Shown piece by piece: positions 12,206 to 24,573 of a stretch of DNA of 64,000 bases. This stretch comes from Eledone cirrhosa (lineage: Eukaryota). The DNA lies in contig OZ024745.1 in NCBI GenBank assembly GCA_964016885.1, positions 134,664,682 to 134,728,681 on the forward strand, in the 5' to 3' direction. Under the pieces are notes generated by a model, which was not told the origin of the DNA, made no database searches, and saw only the letters and a list, made by a program, of their open reading frames with translations. Position 1 is the first letter of the stretch; every line of letters begins with the position of its first letter. The translations under genes and the position numbers were made by a program.

Positions 12206-12640
12206 ATTAACACTTAACATTTAATATTCTACCATACTATTTCATTCTAATACTATAAATTTTAAAGGATTGTAAATAAAACGAGTAAATCAAAGTTGGA
12301 ATTCCTTTTATTAATATAATCTTCTATACATAATCATACACACCCGTGTATATCTATCTATCATATATATATATATATATAATGACACACACATATTGTC
12401 CTGGGTATGACATTAAACTACATCCAGTGACAAGGCTCCATTTCGGCAATTCATGAGCTGTGGGGAATGTGGAGTTACCCCTTAGTTGTCATAACTCCCA
12501 GGTCTGCTCTGGCCCGGAGCAGTGTTACCTGTTAGGGCCCCATTTATGGGTGAAATAATAAAAGAACCATGTAGTCGATTTAACAGCACTAAGGTTGTCA
12601 AGGCTTATGGGCACTCTGAATGTGAGGACAATTCGGACAC

Positions 12641-12720
12641 TGAGAAATACTTCCCTGGAACTAAGAAGACCCCACCCCGAAAAGAGGCCCGACCCAGTGG
12701 TGCCAAACCAAAAGGTATGC
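12641..12720 (+). pseudogene. AFG3L2: 5'-truncated second copy of AFG3L2-like exon with donor, fused downstream of a LINE-like GTLNVRT segment
   Basis: EKYFPGTKKTPPRKEARPSGAKPK G|gtatgc; paralogous to 13512-13591. Confidence 0.65.
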
Positions 12721-12728
12721 TTTCTCTC

Positions 12729-12764
<36 letters not shown>

Positions 12765-13398
12765 GCATACACTTAATGTTAAAAGAAAAGCAAGCAAGCT
12801 TTGAAGTGACAAATAATTAGATACATTGATACGACGCGTCGCCCTCATATCATGTATCTGTATGGCTGTCTGTCTGAACTTTCTAAATAAAACACACCCA
12901 CACCCAACAAAGAGAACCAAATAGTTAAATTATAGAGTAGCCTAACTTGAGATTTTAATTTTTTCCATTTTTTTCATACACAAAAATACAGATCCATAAA
13001 CATTTGTGTGTGGATCTATGTATATAGATAGGTAGATGGACAAGGGTGTCCTCACATAGGAGGTTTCCCGGTTGTTGTAATGATAGACTCCAGTTCTATC
13101 CCGAAAAACTTGAAATGAAGCAACTGGCTTATTAATGCAATGTGCTGCCAGACCTAGGGTTTGATGTTATGTTTATGAGTGCAACACACTAACCATTGAA
13201 GCCCCACCATCACATACTGAACCTACATTAGAACACTACCACACACTACAGCACTACCAGACACTATAACACTGCCATACTACACTACCACCATCACACT
13301 ACATCACCACCAACACCACCATTCTATATATTCAGATATATCATATCTACCCCACCTTTAACCCTGGCCCTTTATAACCCCTAAAATCTCTATTTCAG

Positions 13399-13585
13399 AT
13401 ATATCGTCATTCCTACGTTACCTCTAAATATGTAACTGCTTCACCACGGCCGTTGTTGTCCCTAATGAAGGACTGGGCTCTGCTACGCAACAGCAATGTA
13501 CCAGATGGTTTTGAGAAATACTTCCCTGGAGCTAAGGAGACCCTGCCACGAAAAGAGGCCCGACCCAGTGGTGCCAAACCATAAG
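13399..13585 (+). pseudogene. AFG3L2: Orphan exon resembling the N-terminal exon of m-AAA protease AFG3L2
   Basis: tatttcag|IYRHSYVTSKYVTASPRPLLSLMKDWALLRNSNVPDGFEKYFPGAKETLPRKEARPSGAKP* G|gtatgc; PxGFEKYFP is the AFG3L2 N-terminal motif as I recall it; TAA at 13582-13584. Confidence 0.7.
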
Positions 13586-14046
13586 GTATGCTTAATCTCT
13601 CTCTCTCTTCTAGACACTTCTATAAGGTCATATAATTGAACAGTGTCATTTCTAAAATGTGAAAAGAAAGGCAATGTTTTCAGTGACATAATTAGAAAGA
13701 TATAGATACAACGCCGCACACTCATATCATATATATATATAAAACTGTGTGTGTCTCTCCTCATTTTTGCAAAGTCTATACAAATCCACATTTCTACTCT
13801 GATTGGCTTCAAACTTGCATTTATATATTCCTTGTGGTCTAAAGATATTAACTGCAGCTTTTATTTTTCAATTTTCTGTTTTTAAAGAGGTGTTAGGCAC
13901 CAGTTATCGATCTCCATCGTGCCCTTATAATATCTGTTTGTATGTCTGGCTGTCTGCATAACGACATTATGATCCATGACGTCAGCAATGACGTTAATCT
14001 TCGCCACATTCACACACACACACACACACGCGCGCATGCGCAGATA

Positions 14047-14106
<60 letters not shown>

Positions 14107-14140
14107 TATGTACGTATGTATGTATGTACGTATGTATGTG

Positions 14141-14191
14141 AGTTTCAGAAGATCCCGTTAAGGGTGAAAGCAGCGATTCTTTGCTTAAACT
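14141..14191 (+). ncRNA. Type I hammerhead-like motif with U4A core variant
   Basis: AGTTT-CAGAAGA-T-CCC gttaa GGG-T-GAAAGCA gcgattctt TGCT-T-AAACT. Confidence 0.65.
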
Positions 14192-14492
14192 TTAATCTGT
14201 TATTTTAATAAATATATATATATATATATCATAATTGAATATAAAAGAAAAACGAACACAGATATATACATGTGTTCAAATAGTAAGGCATGAGATTCGC
14301 TAAGGTGAAAAGAATACTAACTATAGACAATTTAAGAATAAATCAATAAAATAAATACAAACTTGGCTGCTATCTTTAGTGGTGGGAGTTTGTGAGACAC
14401 GCTAAGTTCAGATACCATGTGCGTTATATATACGCACACTATTCAGTTTTTTAATATACTTAGAAATGTCCATGATAATAATTCTTCATCCA

Positions 14493-14543
14493 CTGATGAG
14501 CAAGAATTGGTATTCCTCTTCACAATTAATTTTGCGAAACAGC
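14493..14543 (+). ncRNA. 3'-truncated hammerhead motif
   Basis: CTGATGA-GCAAGA...TTTTGC-GAAACAGC, cut off at the junction with the Tx1 fragment. Confidence 0.55.
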
Positions 14544-14544
14544 A

Positions 14545-15020
14545 TTACCAAAGGTGTCTGGGTGATTTTCTCGGTCTTTGCTTGACCCAGGATTGCAGCT
14601 CGGTGAGCGAGACGAGTCTGGGAAAGGCTCGCCTCACAAACGGGGCCCACACCGGTTGACCGGTGATGAATACCTGGAGGTGCCGTAGCCTTAATGCGTG
14701 TTTACGCATCACCAGCCACGGCATCTCAGCCCTCCTTTCGAAGGGTGTTGACAGCAGATGGATCTCCTCACCATAGGAGCCCGCTTCTTCCAAAGGAATT
14801 GGAAGAGTGTGCGCTCCATTTTGGAGAGCGTTTCCCTTGGGCAAGGCACGACGGCCAGGCGGTAGTAGATGTGTTCGCCACCTCCGCCCGACGACGGCAT
14901 TAACAACTCCAACTTCTGCAGCAGTGGCTCTAGTCATTACATACAGAAGAGAGGAGAGAGGGCACCCTTGTCGGATGGACCGCGCGATTTCGAACGGCTC
15001 CGAGAGGTAGCCGTTCACCT
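14545..15020 (-). mobile_element. L1/Tx1-clade LINE RT fragment
   Basis: NGYLSEPFEIARSIRQGCPLSSLLYV; FQFLWK...SKGGL. Confidence 0.85.
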
Positions 15021-15059
15021 TGACAAGAGCAGAAGTGCGTGCCTGCCTGCCTTAAGTCG

Positions 15060-15908
15060 TCCATGTTGTGGCTCCAGGTGAAGAGTTTGTACTTGAGCAC
15101 AAATATGCGTGCTCATTTGCATGGTGACATGTCTGCAGCATTTGGTCAGAATATTTTAGCACTTTGTGAGGGCAAGGTCCCTGCGGATGACAAAGGCGGA
15201 ATAGCAATCGACTCCCTGTGCAACATTGTGAGCAGCCCTTCTGACCTTTTGGAAGCAGTTTTTTCTAATGTCTCATCTAACTTTAAAAACCTCGATTAGC
15301 TCAGCGAAAGAGCCATCCTTGCTCGGAAAAATACCATGGTTAATTTTATTAACGAGCAGCTGATTGAGAAGATTCCCGGTAAAGAAGACATCTTCAAATC
15401 TATCGACCTGGCGTCAGACCCCGACGATATCGTTAATTATCCGGTTGAGTTATTAAATTCCCCAGGGCTCCCACCTCTTATTCTTAAGCTTAGGGTTGGC
15501 TGTCCCATTATGCTAATAAGGAACTTGCGTCCACCAAAGCAGTGCAACGGTACTCGCATGGTCGTCAAGTCACTGACGCTGCACTTGATTGAGGCCACCA
15601 TTGTAACGGGGTGCTGGAGAGGGGAGAATGTTTTCATTCCAAGGATGAACCTTTGCCCCTCGGCGTCAGATATCCCGTTCGATTTCCGGCGATCCCAATT
15701 CCCGGTGAGACCATTTTTTTTTTTTTTTCCAAGTCCATTAACAAGTCACAAGGGCAAACATTGTTGGTGGCGGTCATCCATTTGGGGGAGCCATGCTTCT
15801 CCCATGGCCAACTTTGTTGCCAGTTTCCGCGTATGGAGCAGGAATGGACTTTTTGCTTACACTCCTCAAGGGATGACACGCAATATCGTCTACTATGAAG
15901 TGCTATAG
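15060..15908 (+). pseudogene. Helitron PIF1-like helicase C-terminal fragment
   Basis: LSTNMRA, YPVELLNS-PGLPP, LRVGCPIMLIRNL, CNGTRM, VFIPRM, FRRSQFPV, SINKSQGQTL, FSHGQL; frameshifts. Confidence 0.92.
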
Positions 15909-17019
15909 ATGTTTGAGTTATGCCGTCTGGAAAACTGGTTGGGTCACCCATAGCGGACAGATCTGACACGCAGCGGCACCAGGGCCACCATCTTGCAACT
16001 TTGTTCTACTAAATTCGCTATTGGAAGATTATTAAGCCATCATTGATTGTCCAAAATGCTAATTGGTTTGTAACTATTAATAACCGGTTCAACTGCTTTA
16101 TGCACTTAATTGATAAGATTATGCGCTTTCAAGCTACGTTTACCTGTATGTAACTTTTCATAGCAAATGAACAAACCCGAGTAACGCCGGGCTAAACTGC
16201 TAGTTATCAATAATGTTATATCTCGCAATGGCCATACTCGATAACGAGGGCGCAGTCATTATGTATGGTGTTGTGATTTTTATGTACAGTATATTATTAT
16301 TAGATGGGTAACGTGCCTGCAGTAATCGGTAGAGCGTCCTCTCAAAATGTTTGCATTTTGCCCAAAGCAGAAACAATTATTATTGTTGTTTGTAGTATTA
16401 GTAGTAGTATTCATTCTATTTTGTGTTCCACGTGGTTGATATTTCATCACCACAACACCACCACACCACTACACCACCACGCCACCACACCAACACACAC
16501 CACCAACACACCACTACACACCACTACACCAACACTGTCGCCACCAGTTGGGCTACGTAGTCAAAGTGAAGGAAATAGAATTGGTGAAAGATAGACATAC
16601 TGATAGAAAGATATATGTATATATAGAGAGAGGAGGGGGCGGGGGTTAGATAGAAAGACACAGTTATAGAGATACAGACAATTACGCGTGTTGTTGTTTC
16701 TTTGATTCCGATAATACACATGTGTATCTAACAGTGATGATATGTCATATAGATTATTGAGAGGAAATGAATATTTACAAAGAAAAGCTGAAATATAATT
16801 TTTAAAAAAATTAACGAATATTTATTTTTTATCTTTTGGAGTCAGTCAACATTTACCGCCATGTTCTTTGTTCTTTGTTAACAATAAAAGAATCTAATTT
16901 CTGACATACACCCTACTTCCGATCTTTAACCGCAGCCATTATATCAGAATGTATCTGTGCGTATGTCAAACTGAGTGCATGTGTATGGGTAGGTGTATAT
17001 ATAAAAATGTGTGTGTGAG

Positions 17020-17795
17020 TTGGTCCCAGGTTCAATCTGGGGTAACCACAGTAAGGTACTCAATACATAGCAGAGTATAAATATTGAATCTAGAAATGTC
17101 TTCTGCAGGAGTAGAACTGTATATTATATATATAATTTGTCTGTGGTATATATAGATGAATGTTTGATGCTGAATCTCCCCGAGAATCACGCTCTAAGTG
17201 TTTATATTTATCTAAAAACCTTTATGTCCCAAACACTCTTTTCGGCTGAGTATTTTACAGCCAGTTTTGGAGCATGGCGTTGGATGGCACAACTATGCGA
17301 AGTGACCAGTGATATCATTATGAGGAGGAAGAGGCCAGTTTGCCGCACCGAATCCTTCTCACAGCGGCACCCCAATTTCGGAGCCGGGCCCTCTCCCCGC
17401 GATGGATACTTCTCAATACGAAAGACGACCGTGGCAGCCTGGGACTAGATTGCACTGTTATGAGAAGTGACAGTCGAGTTGGCCGCTCGAAACCCCTTTC
17501 ACAGCGGCAGCACAGTATCGGATGCAAGTACTGTGAATTGGATGGACACTTCTCAATACAAAACGTGCTAAGGTGTGACTTGACAATGATGAGAAACCGG
17601 AACCAGACATTGTGAAGGACTGTTTGAGGGGAGGGATGTATGTATACGGTCATTAAAACACACGCACGCTCGTATATAATTCTCCTGAATGAAAGTTATA
17701 GTCATGTAGAAGTCATTACTATATTAAATATTTATACTCTGTTATGAATTGAGTACCTTACTCACTGTTGTTAGCTGTGATTGAACCCGGAATAA
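17020..17795. mobile_element. Segment bounded by ~100-bp inverted copies of the repeat family seen at 24574-24703
   Basis: gtaaggtactcaatacatagcagagtataa (~17051) is the reverse complement of ttatactctg.tatg.attgagtaccttac at ~17732 and ~24640. Confidence 0.7.
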
Positions 17796-17796
17796 A

Positions 17797-17826
17797 CTTT
17801 ACACGTTTTTGGAAACACCCTGTATA
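17797..17826 (-). mobile_element. Solitary Tc1/mariner-like terminal inverted repeat
   Basis: Reverse complement reads TA-CAGGGTGTTTCCAAAAACG; no partner end found. Confidence 0.4.
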
Positions 17827-17889
17827 TATATCATTTGAGATGTAAATATCACATACTTAAGAGAGATAGATGTTAGAACTCGAAAACTT

Positions 17890-19000
17890 GTCAGTGTTAC
17901 TGGGAACTTTGGTGATGTGGATAGGCTGTACTTGTCATGCAAGGAAGGTGGCCGGGGTCTAAAATCCATATTAACATCATATGACACCCGGATAGTAACA
18001 CTGAAGCAACATCTTCAACAGAGGAAAAGTTTTATGGCCCAGGTTTATGAGCATGAAAAAAAAATATCATTAGGATAGCCACTGATCTGGAGGAGAGATA
18101 TGGAATAAAGCCTGATATAAATCTCTCACCCAGAGAAATCGGAAGATCCTATTCACTGTTCAAAGAAGATGAAAAAATTGACCAATTTACAGAAAAAGTT
18201 GTGCACGTATACTTGAGACGTAAAACACAGACCATAGAGGTGATAAACCACTCAAAAAGCCTGGCATGGAGTTCCGACAAGTTTATGACATGACACCTTG
18301 AGGGATATCTCTATGCAATACAGGAACAAGAACTCCCTACCAAATATCTGCTGCACAAAAGAGGAGGGCCATCAGCTGACAATAAATGTAGGCTTATGTA
18401 AAACAAAGATTGAAGATGTAAGCGACATTGTTGCCAGCTGCGAAAGAATGTCATCTCGCTACTACCTCCCCATGAGACACGATGGGATAGCTAGAACGAT
18501 CTGGAACGCAAACGAGGAAGAATATATCGAGACAGATTGCACTAAGGAATACTGGTGGAACCTGAAAATAAAAACTGCCACCAAATTAAAGCACAACCGG
18601 CCTGATATTGTTGTTTGGGACCACCCATTGAAAACGTGTTGTGGAGATCAGTTGCCCACTTGATGTAAACGTTGTCAGAAAAATACAGGAGGAGGACATC
18701 TCCGGACCATTGATGAGGAGTTTACAAATCCAGTATCCAAAATACACCTTTAGCTTCATACCCATCATTATTGGAGCTACGGGTTATATACCAACCCGCT
18801 TGGACCAAAGTATGACTGAACTTGGATTTGCTGACAAAGAGCGCAGCTCCCTTCCCTAATTCATAGTCTACAAGTGGCTGCGATAGTTGGCACCTTCAAA
18901 ATTTGCAAAACATTCTTGCGATTCAAGGGATGACAATTTCTTTTCTTTTACAACCTTGCCACCAGGAAGGTGACCGGTCAAAAAATATATTCGAAATTAA
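17890..19000 (+). mobile_element. 5'-truncated R4/Dong-type non-LTR retrotransposon with restriction-like endonuclease
   Basis: DVDRLYLSCKEGGRGLKSI, AIQEQELPTKY, CRLCKTKIED..IVASC, RHD, HNRPDIVVWD, EISCP, PIIIGATG; frameshifted. Confidence 0.85.
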
Positions 19001-19037
19001 GAGAAAGAGATCACCTACATGTATGTGTGTATGTATG

Positions 19038-19070
<33 letters not shown>

Positions 19071-19559
19071 TTGTATATATATATTTATTTATTTATTTCA
19101 TTATATTTGTTCCACTCCACGTGGTTTATATTTCACCACCACACCGCCATCAAACGACCACACCGCCATCAAACCACCACACCAACAACACTCGCCACCA
19201 CCGCCATCATTTGAATTACGTTGTCAAACCCGACATGACAAGAAAATGAAATAGTTTCAAGAGTTTGACAAAATGAGATGTTTTGATTGGTGAGAAGGAT
19301 GAAGGCGATGTACTGGCCTGTAGTGTATATGGGGGTGGGTGTGATGGTGAGATGTTGGTGACGGTCTGTGGATGAGGTGGGCTGTGGTGTGGTGGTGGTG
19401 GGTTGGTATTTAGTGGGATGGGCTGTGGTGTGAGGTTAGTGGACTGTCTGTAGACGGGTTGGGGTGTGGTAGTGGCGCCTTTGTCTATGGTAGCGGCGTT
19501 TTTGGTGGTGTGGTGGATGTATTGGTGGCGTCAGGTATTTACATAGATACATAGACGCT

Positions 19560-19862
19560 CTTCGTCTGACAGATACCTTGTATATACGTATACGTACACA
19601 CATATATGTATATATGTGCACATATATTGTTGTATAAACACACACAACATAAGACACATACGCACATCCTTGCCCACACATATCGGCATACGCTCACACA
19701 CAGCCATATGTATATGTACACACATGTATGTGCATGCGCGCATGCGGACACGAATATGAAGAGTGGTGGAGTATCGGTGGGGGTGGCGAACGACAGAGAT
19801 GGGGGAAGGACTCACACTCATGTATGCAAGATATACACATACACACTCCCACACACGTATAC

Positions 19863-19899
<37 letters not shown>

Positions 19900-20052
19900 T
19901 GTACCGACAACACACACATACACGCACATAGTCAGATTTACCCATATACATATATGTAGACGTACACACACATACACATATGCATACACATACACATACA
20001 CATATATATATATATATATACACACACACATAGACATATGTATATACATGTG

Positions 20053-20088
<36 letters not shown>

Positions 20089-20160
20089 GATAAATTTGCG
20101 TACACGCACGCACACTTAAAACGCCCGTATGAGTAAAATACTTACACACAGACACACACA
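19560..20160. repeat. Compound CA/TA microsatellite region
   Basis: Interleaved (CA)n, (TA)n and (CATA)n runs. Confidence 0.85.
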
Positions 20161-20469
20161 CTATTGTTGGTTGGGGAGTGGAGGTATGTTTTGTCGGTGT
20201 TGGTGAAGTATGGAGTTGTTTTGTGGTGGTGGTGGTGGTGGTGGTGGAGTTGTGAGGGACAAAAATATATATACCGGATCGAATACCGGTTAAAAGGTGA
20301 GATAGGGAACGCGGGGGAAAAGCGTTTATGGACGTACGGCGATGTGTGTTGTGGACATGGTGATGGTGGTGGTGGTGGTGGTGCTGGGGTGATATGTTCG
20401 GCAAGATGATTACATGATCAGAGGTTACGGTGTGTTATATGGTAGGCAGACGGGGGGTGGGGGGTATAT

Positions 20470-20659
20470 AATTGTTTCTACTTTAGGCACAAGGCCAGCA
20501 AATAGCCAGTGTATTACTGGTACTTTATTTTATCGACCCCCGTAAGGATGAAAGGCAAAGTCAACCTAGGCGGGATTTGAACTCAGATCGTAAAGGGACG
20601 TAACTATGCTTGAAAGCATGGCGTCCGACCCTCTACCGATACTGCCAACCCCCCCACCG
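20470..20659 (-). mobile_element. tRNA-derived SINE
   Basis: Reverse complement of the 33108-33293 element; flanked by tgg(g/a)gggtatataat direct repeat (probable TSD). Confidence 0.88.
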
Positions 20660-20944
20660 TGGAGGGTATATAATACAGTCGATTTGGGATCGAGGGATAT
20701 GTGTTGATGATGATTGTGGTTGTGTGTGCGTGCGACAGTACAGTTACAGGATCGAATTTAACGTGGGGTTGCAAGTTAGGGTAGATAGAGGGAACATGGG
20801 GGGATGAGGATGTAGGCGTGTATGGTATGCACATGACGATGTGTGGTGTGGTGGTGGAGATGGTGTGATATGATCGACATTGTATTTACAAGGTCTCTTG
20901 TCATTGTGGATTGCAAGGTAGAACGTATCATATGGTATATATAT

Positions 20945-21705
20945 ATATATATAAAACTAAGGATGTCTGTATGAGTTTGAATCCCTAAACCTCGAGAAGC
21001 ACCCAACCGACTGTTTTCAAACTTTACACCCGCGCCCTTATAATATGTCTGTATGTCTAGCTGTCTGCATCGCACTCGGCGCGTCAATGTATGCCTGTTA
21101 AATGGGCCGCAAACGCATTGATTCATTGTAAAGGCTACCAGTGGAAGCAACCGTAACACCCTCCAAATGTGAGAGAACGCAGTGAAAGTCACTATTAAGA
21201 GAACGTTCACATGGCCCTTTTTATGGCCACCACTTGAAATTGTTGATTGTTACCCGTAGTTACTGGAGTGTCAGTGAACGGCTTACAAATCCATTATAAG
21301 GGCCCTTGAAATAACTGATGGCGACCCTTTGGTTTGGGGCGGCGAGTGAACACGCACACGCCTCAAGGCCCATTTTATTGCACCACTCCTCTGTAAAATT
21401 GTTAAATTATACCCACTGTTTGGTAAACGTTTGTGAAGGTGCGGTGGACTGGTTCGAGAAGGCTCCATATGCTGTCCGATTGCACGTCATGCCTTGCTCA
21501 AGCATTGCAGACTTCCCTCTGACTCCTGTCACTTTATTAAAGTACAAAAGCACTCAGCCGATTTTCTTCACGTGGAAGGAAAAGCATACCTAATACTAAT
21601 TGCATCAGAGCATTCGGTTTATTTTCTTTACATGTCCAGGCATGCAGTTTTTCCACGATTAGGTCAAAATAACTTATCCCGTGCAACGCCGGGTACCACT
21701 GCTAG
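20945..21705 (+). mobile_element. Non-autonomous Helitron
   Basis: Start tatataaaactaaggatgtc shared with 48568; 3' cccgtgcaacgccggg hairpin then actgCTAG|t. Confidence 0.8.
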
Positions 21706-22092
21706 TATTATATATATATATATGCATATTGTTTTACTCTTTTACTTGTCCCAGCCATTTTGCTGAGGTCATGCTGGGGTACCGCCTTTAATATATTTTT
21801 CTATATATCTACACACACACACACACATATATATATATCAATAAAAACGTATCCATGAAAGGCAAATCTTATCGGTTGGAAAACAAAATAAACTTTTGTA
21901 TTTTATTTGATGAAAGTGCACCAAGCTTGTCTTGGTTGGCCTTGAAATATATATAATAAAATAAATATGGTTTTATAAATAGTTTCCATTTATTTAATAT
22001 CACGAAATATTTACTCCAGTAAATTGTTGAGTGCTCTAAATCAGTTATAAACATTTGTTTGTCGGACTTCCAACAAATTAAATACAACTTCT

Positions 22093-22150
<58 letters not shown>

Positions 22151-22240
22151 CGGAGTTGTGTTAAGGAACCAGATGGACCATAATGCACCAGAGATAGCCG
22201 TCGAAACGGCTTGAGCTCTGCCGTCGGGGTCATACATCTT

Positions 22241-22302
<62 letters not shown>

Positions 22303-22458
22303 TTCACGTTGTTCTGATAAAACTATTAAATTTCTTCATAGAATAATAAATTTTGTTTTATTATTTGTTGCTATTGTTCGGTTGTTGTTGTTGTTGTTAC
22401 ACACACACACACAAACTTTGATCATCTTTTGGCGGCAAAAAATAGCGGCAAAACAACA

Positions 22459-22499
<41 letters not shown>

Positions 22500-22536
22500 G
22501 TGAGTATGTGTGAGTTACCCGCCACTTTCTTTTCCT

Positions 22537-22711
22537 TATAAATACAAGCCCCGTTTTTCATATCTTTCATTTCAGCCACAGATTTGAAAGATGACTTCAG
22601 GTTATTCTCATGGTATGCTTTAAGCCCTTTTTAGGGCTGCTCAGAGATACGCCGAAAACACAGCGTCCATGTTCACTCCTGGGACTGAGAAGAAAAGTCC
22701 CACAGGTCAGT
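22537..22711 (+). promoter_or_regulatory. Candidate Pol II core promoter and first exon
   Basis: TATAAATA at 22537, Inr-like TCATTT with its A at 22569, donor CAG|GTCAGT at 22705/22706. Confidence 0.35.
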
Positions 22712-23049
22712 CAGATTTATATTTAATTTATTTAAAAAAAAAAAATAATTTCAATTTAATTTATATTTCTTAAAAAAAAAAAGAATTCAATTTAACTTAT
22801 TTCTTTAAAAAAAAAGTTCAATTTCATTTAAAAAAAATTCAATTCAATTAATTTCTTTTAAAAAAAAAGCTTTTATAGTTATGTTTTTGTATTTTAATCG
22901 GGGTAACATTTTCGATTTAATTAATTTCATCATATTGTTGTATATATACACACACACATATATATACAATTGTTATATATATATATATATATATATATAA
23001 GGTTGCAGTTATTCGAATACCTTGGAGTATTCGTTTTTATTTCTATGCT

Positions 23050-23135
23050 CTCTGAAATCCTGCCAAGGTCAACTTTGCCTTTCTTCCTTGTGTTGGAAGT
23101 GGATAAAAAAAAGTACCAGTGAAATGCTGGGGTGA
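23050..23135 (+). mobile_element. Partial diverged SINE
   Basis: aggtcaactttgcctttc...gataaaaaaaagtaccagt central motif. Confidence 0.65.
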
Positions 23136-23696
23136 ATTCTTCCTATCTATAGTTTTCTCGCAATTATCTTTTTCTGAATAAAAGTACCAGTCAAATACTG
23201 GGTTCCTCTCTTCTCTGCTTTTTCTCTGTCTATCTTTCTGGAAGAATTTTCTATTTTTAGAACTGGAGGAGTTGGTATTTGCTAGTGATTAAGGGAGAAA
23301 ATGAAAGATATATATGTATATATATGTATATGTGTGTTGATGAGATTATGTAGGGGGGGGAAAAATCTGGAAAAATCTGTTGAATTCACATGGTTGGTAT
23401 TGTCTCTGTTCTCTGTTTTCAAAAGACTTATAAAAGCTGACTCAGTATTGTTTATCCAATAAAGTAGCAGTAATACGTTATAGTTAGATTAACGTTAATT
23501 TTGTTCACTTGTAATTTAGAGAATATAAAATATAAAATGCACCATTAGAATATATAACTTATTTTTATTCCAGATTCTCCTAAAAATTTGTCCCTGTTCA
23601 ATTCCTTCTCTGCCACAAACCTCTCATTTTTGGATAGAATTTTTTTATTTATTTTTTTACGTTAGGTTAAACCAGCCAACCAATTTTTTTAAATAT

Positions 23697-23847
23697 GTGT
23701 ATATATATATATATATAGTAGCTTATGAAACGTGTGTGTATATATATATTTATTTATATGTATATATATATATATATATATTTATAATTTATAATTTATA
23801 TATATATAATTTATATATATATATAATTTATATATATATATATAATT

Positions 23848-23887
<40 letters not shown>

Positions 23888-23915
23888 TATATATATATTT
23901 ATATATATATATATT

Positions 23916-23952
<37 letters not shown>

Positions 23953-24070
23953 ATTTATATATATGTGTGTGTATGTATGTCTGTATGTACGTGTGTGTAC
24001 ATGAATATATATTTATATATTTTTATATATATGTGTGTGTTTTTATGTGTGTATATGTGTTTGTGTGTGT
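23697..24070. repeat. Interrupted (TA)n/(TG)n microsatellite
   Basis: Direct reading. Confidence 0.9.
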
Positions 24071-24573
24071 GTTTATGGTTGCGCGTAAGTGTGTGAGTGA
24101 GTATGTGTTTTTTTGTTTTTTTGTGAATGTGTCTGTTGATTTTTGGCATATAGTTGATTAGTTTAAGAGAAGTTCGAAGATAATAGTAAGATATGCACTC
24201 AGTATTTTGAATCTGTCTGCAGAATTCTCTAGACCTTTGTCACTTAGAACCTTAATGACTTTAGCTTTTAAAGAATCTCCCCTTTTCTTTAATTCTATCG
24301 ACTATGACTGACCCCCCACTGATTTTATAGACATCTGTTAGCTTAAGAGAAACTTATTGACAAGGAATGGTAGGCCATCCGGAACATGTTTATAGAATTC
24401 TGTCTGCCCTTGTTACTCTAAAAACATAATAAATAAAAATAAAAATAGCTTTGTAGAATTAGCTTTTAATGAATTCCCTTTTCTATCAACCAACGACCTG
24501 CACCCATCCCACTCCCCACCCTCTCCTACCACTTGTAGAGACCTATAAATACCATATTTATTTTTTGATACCC

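Larger units (their letters stand above)
13727..16203 (+). mobile_element. Composite non-autonomous Helitron with nested inserts
   Basis: 5' tcatatata..aaaactg like the other Helitron starts; 3' hairpin cccgagtaacgccggg then ctgCTAG|t; internal PIF1 fragment. Confidence 0.7.

Noticed and set aside
15336-15908. Host PIF1 helicase gene
   Set aside because: Intronless, frameshifted, lacks the N-terminal motifs and is followed by a Helitron 3' end
22180-22235. AGCCGT-CGAA-ACGGCT hairpin between TA runs as a hammerhead
   Set aside because: Both core boxes are mismatched (cagaga, gagc); at most a heavily decayed copy
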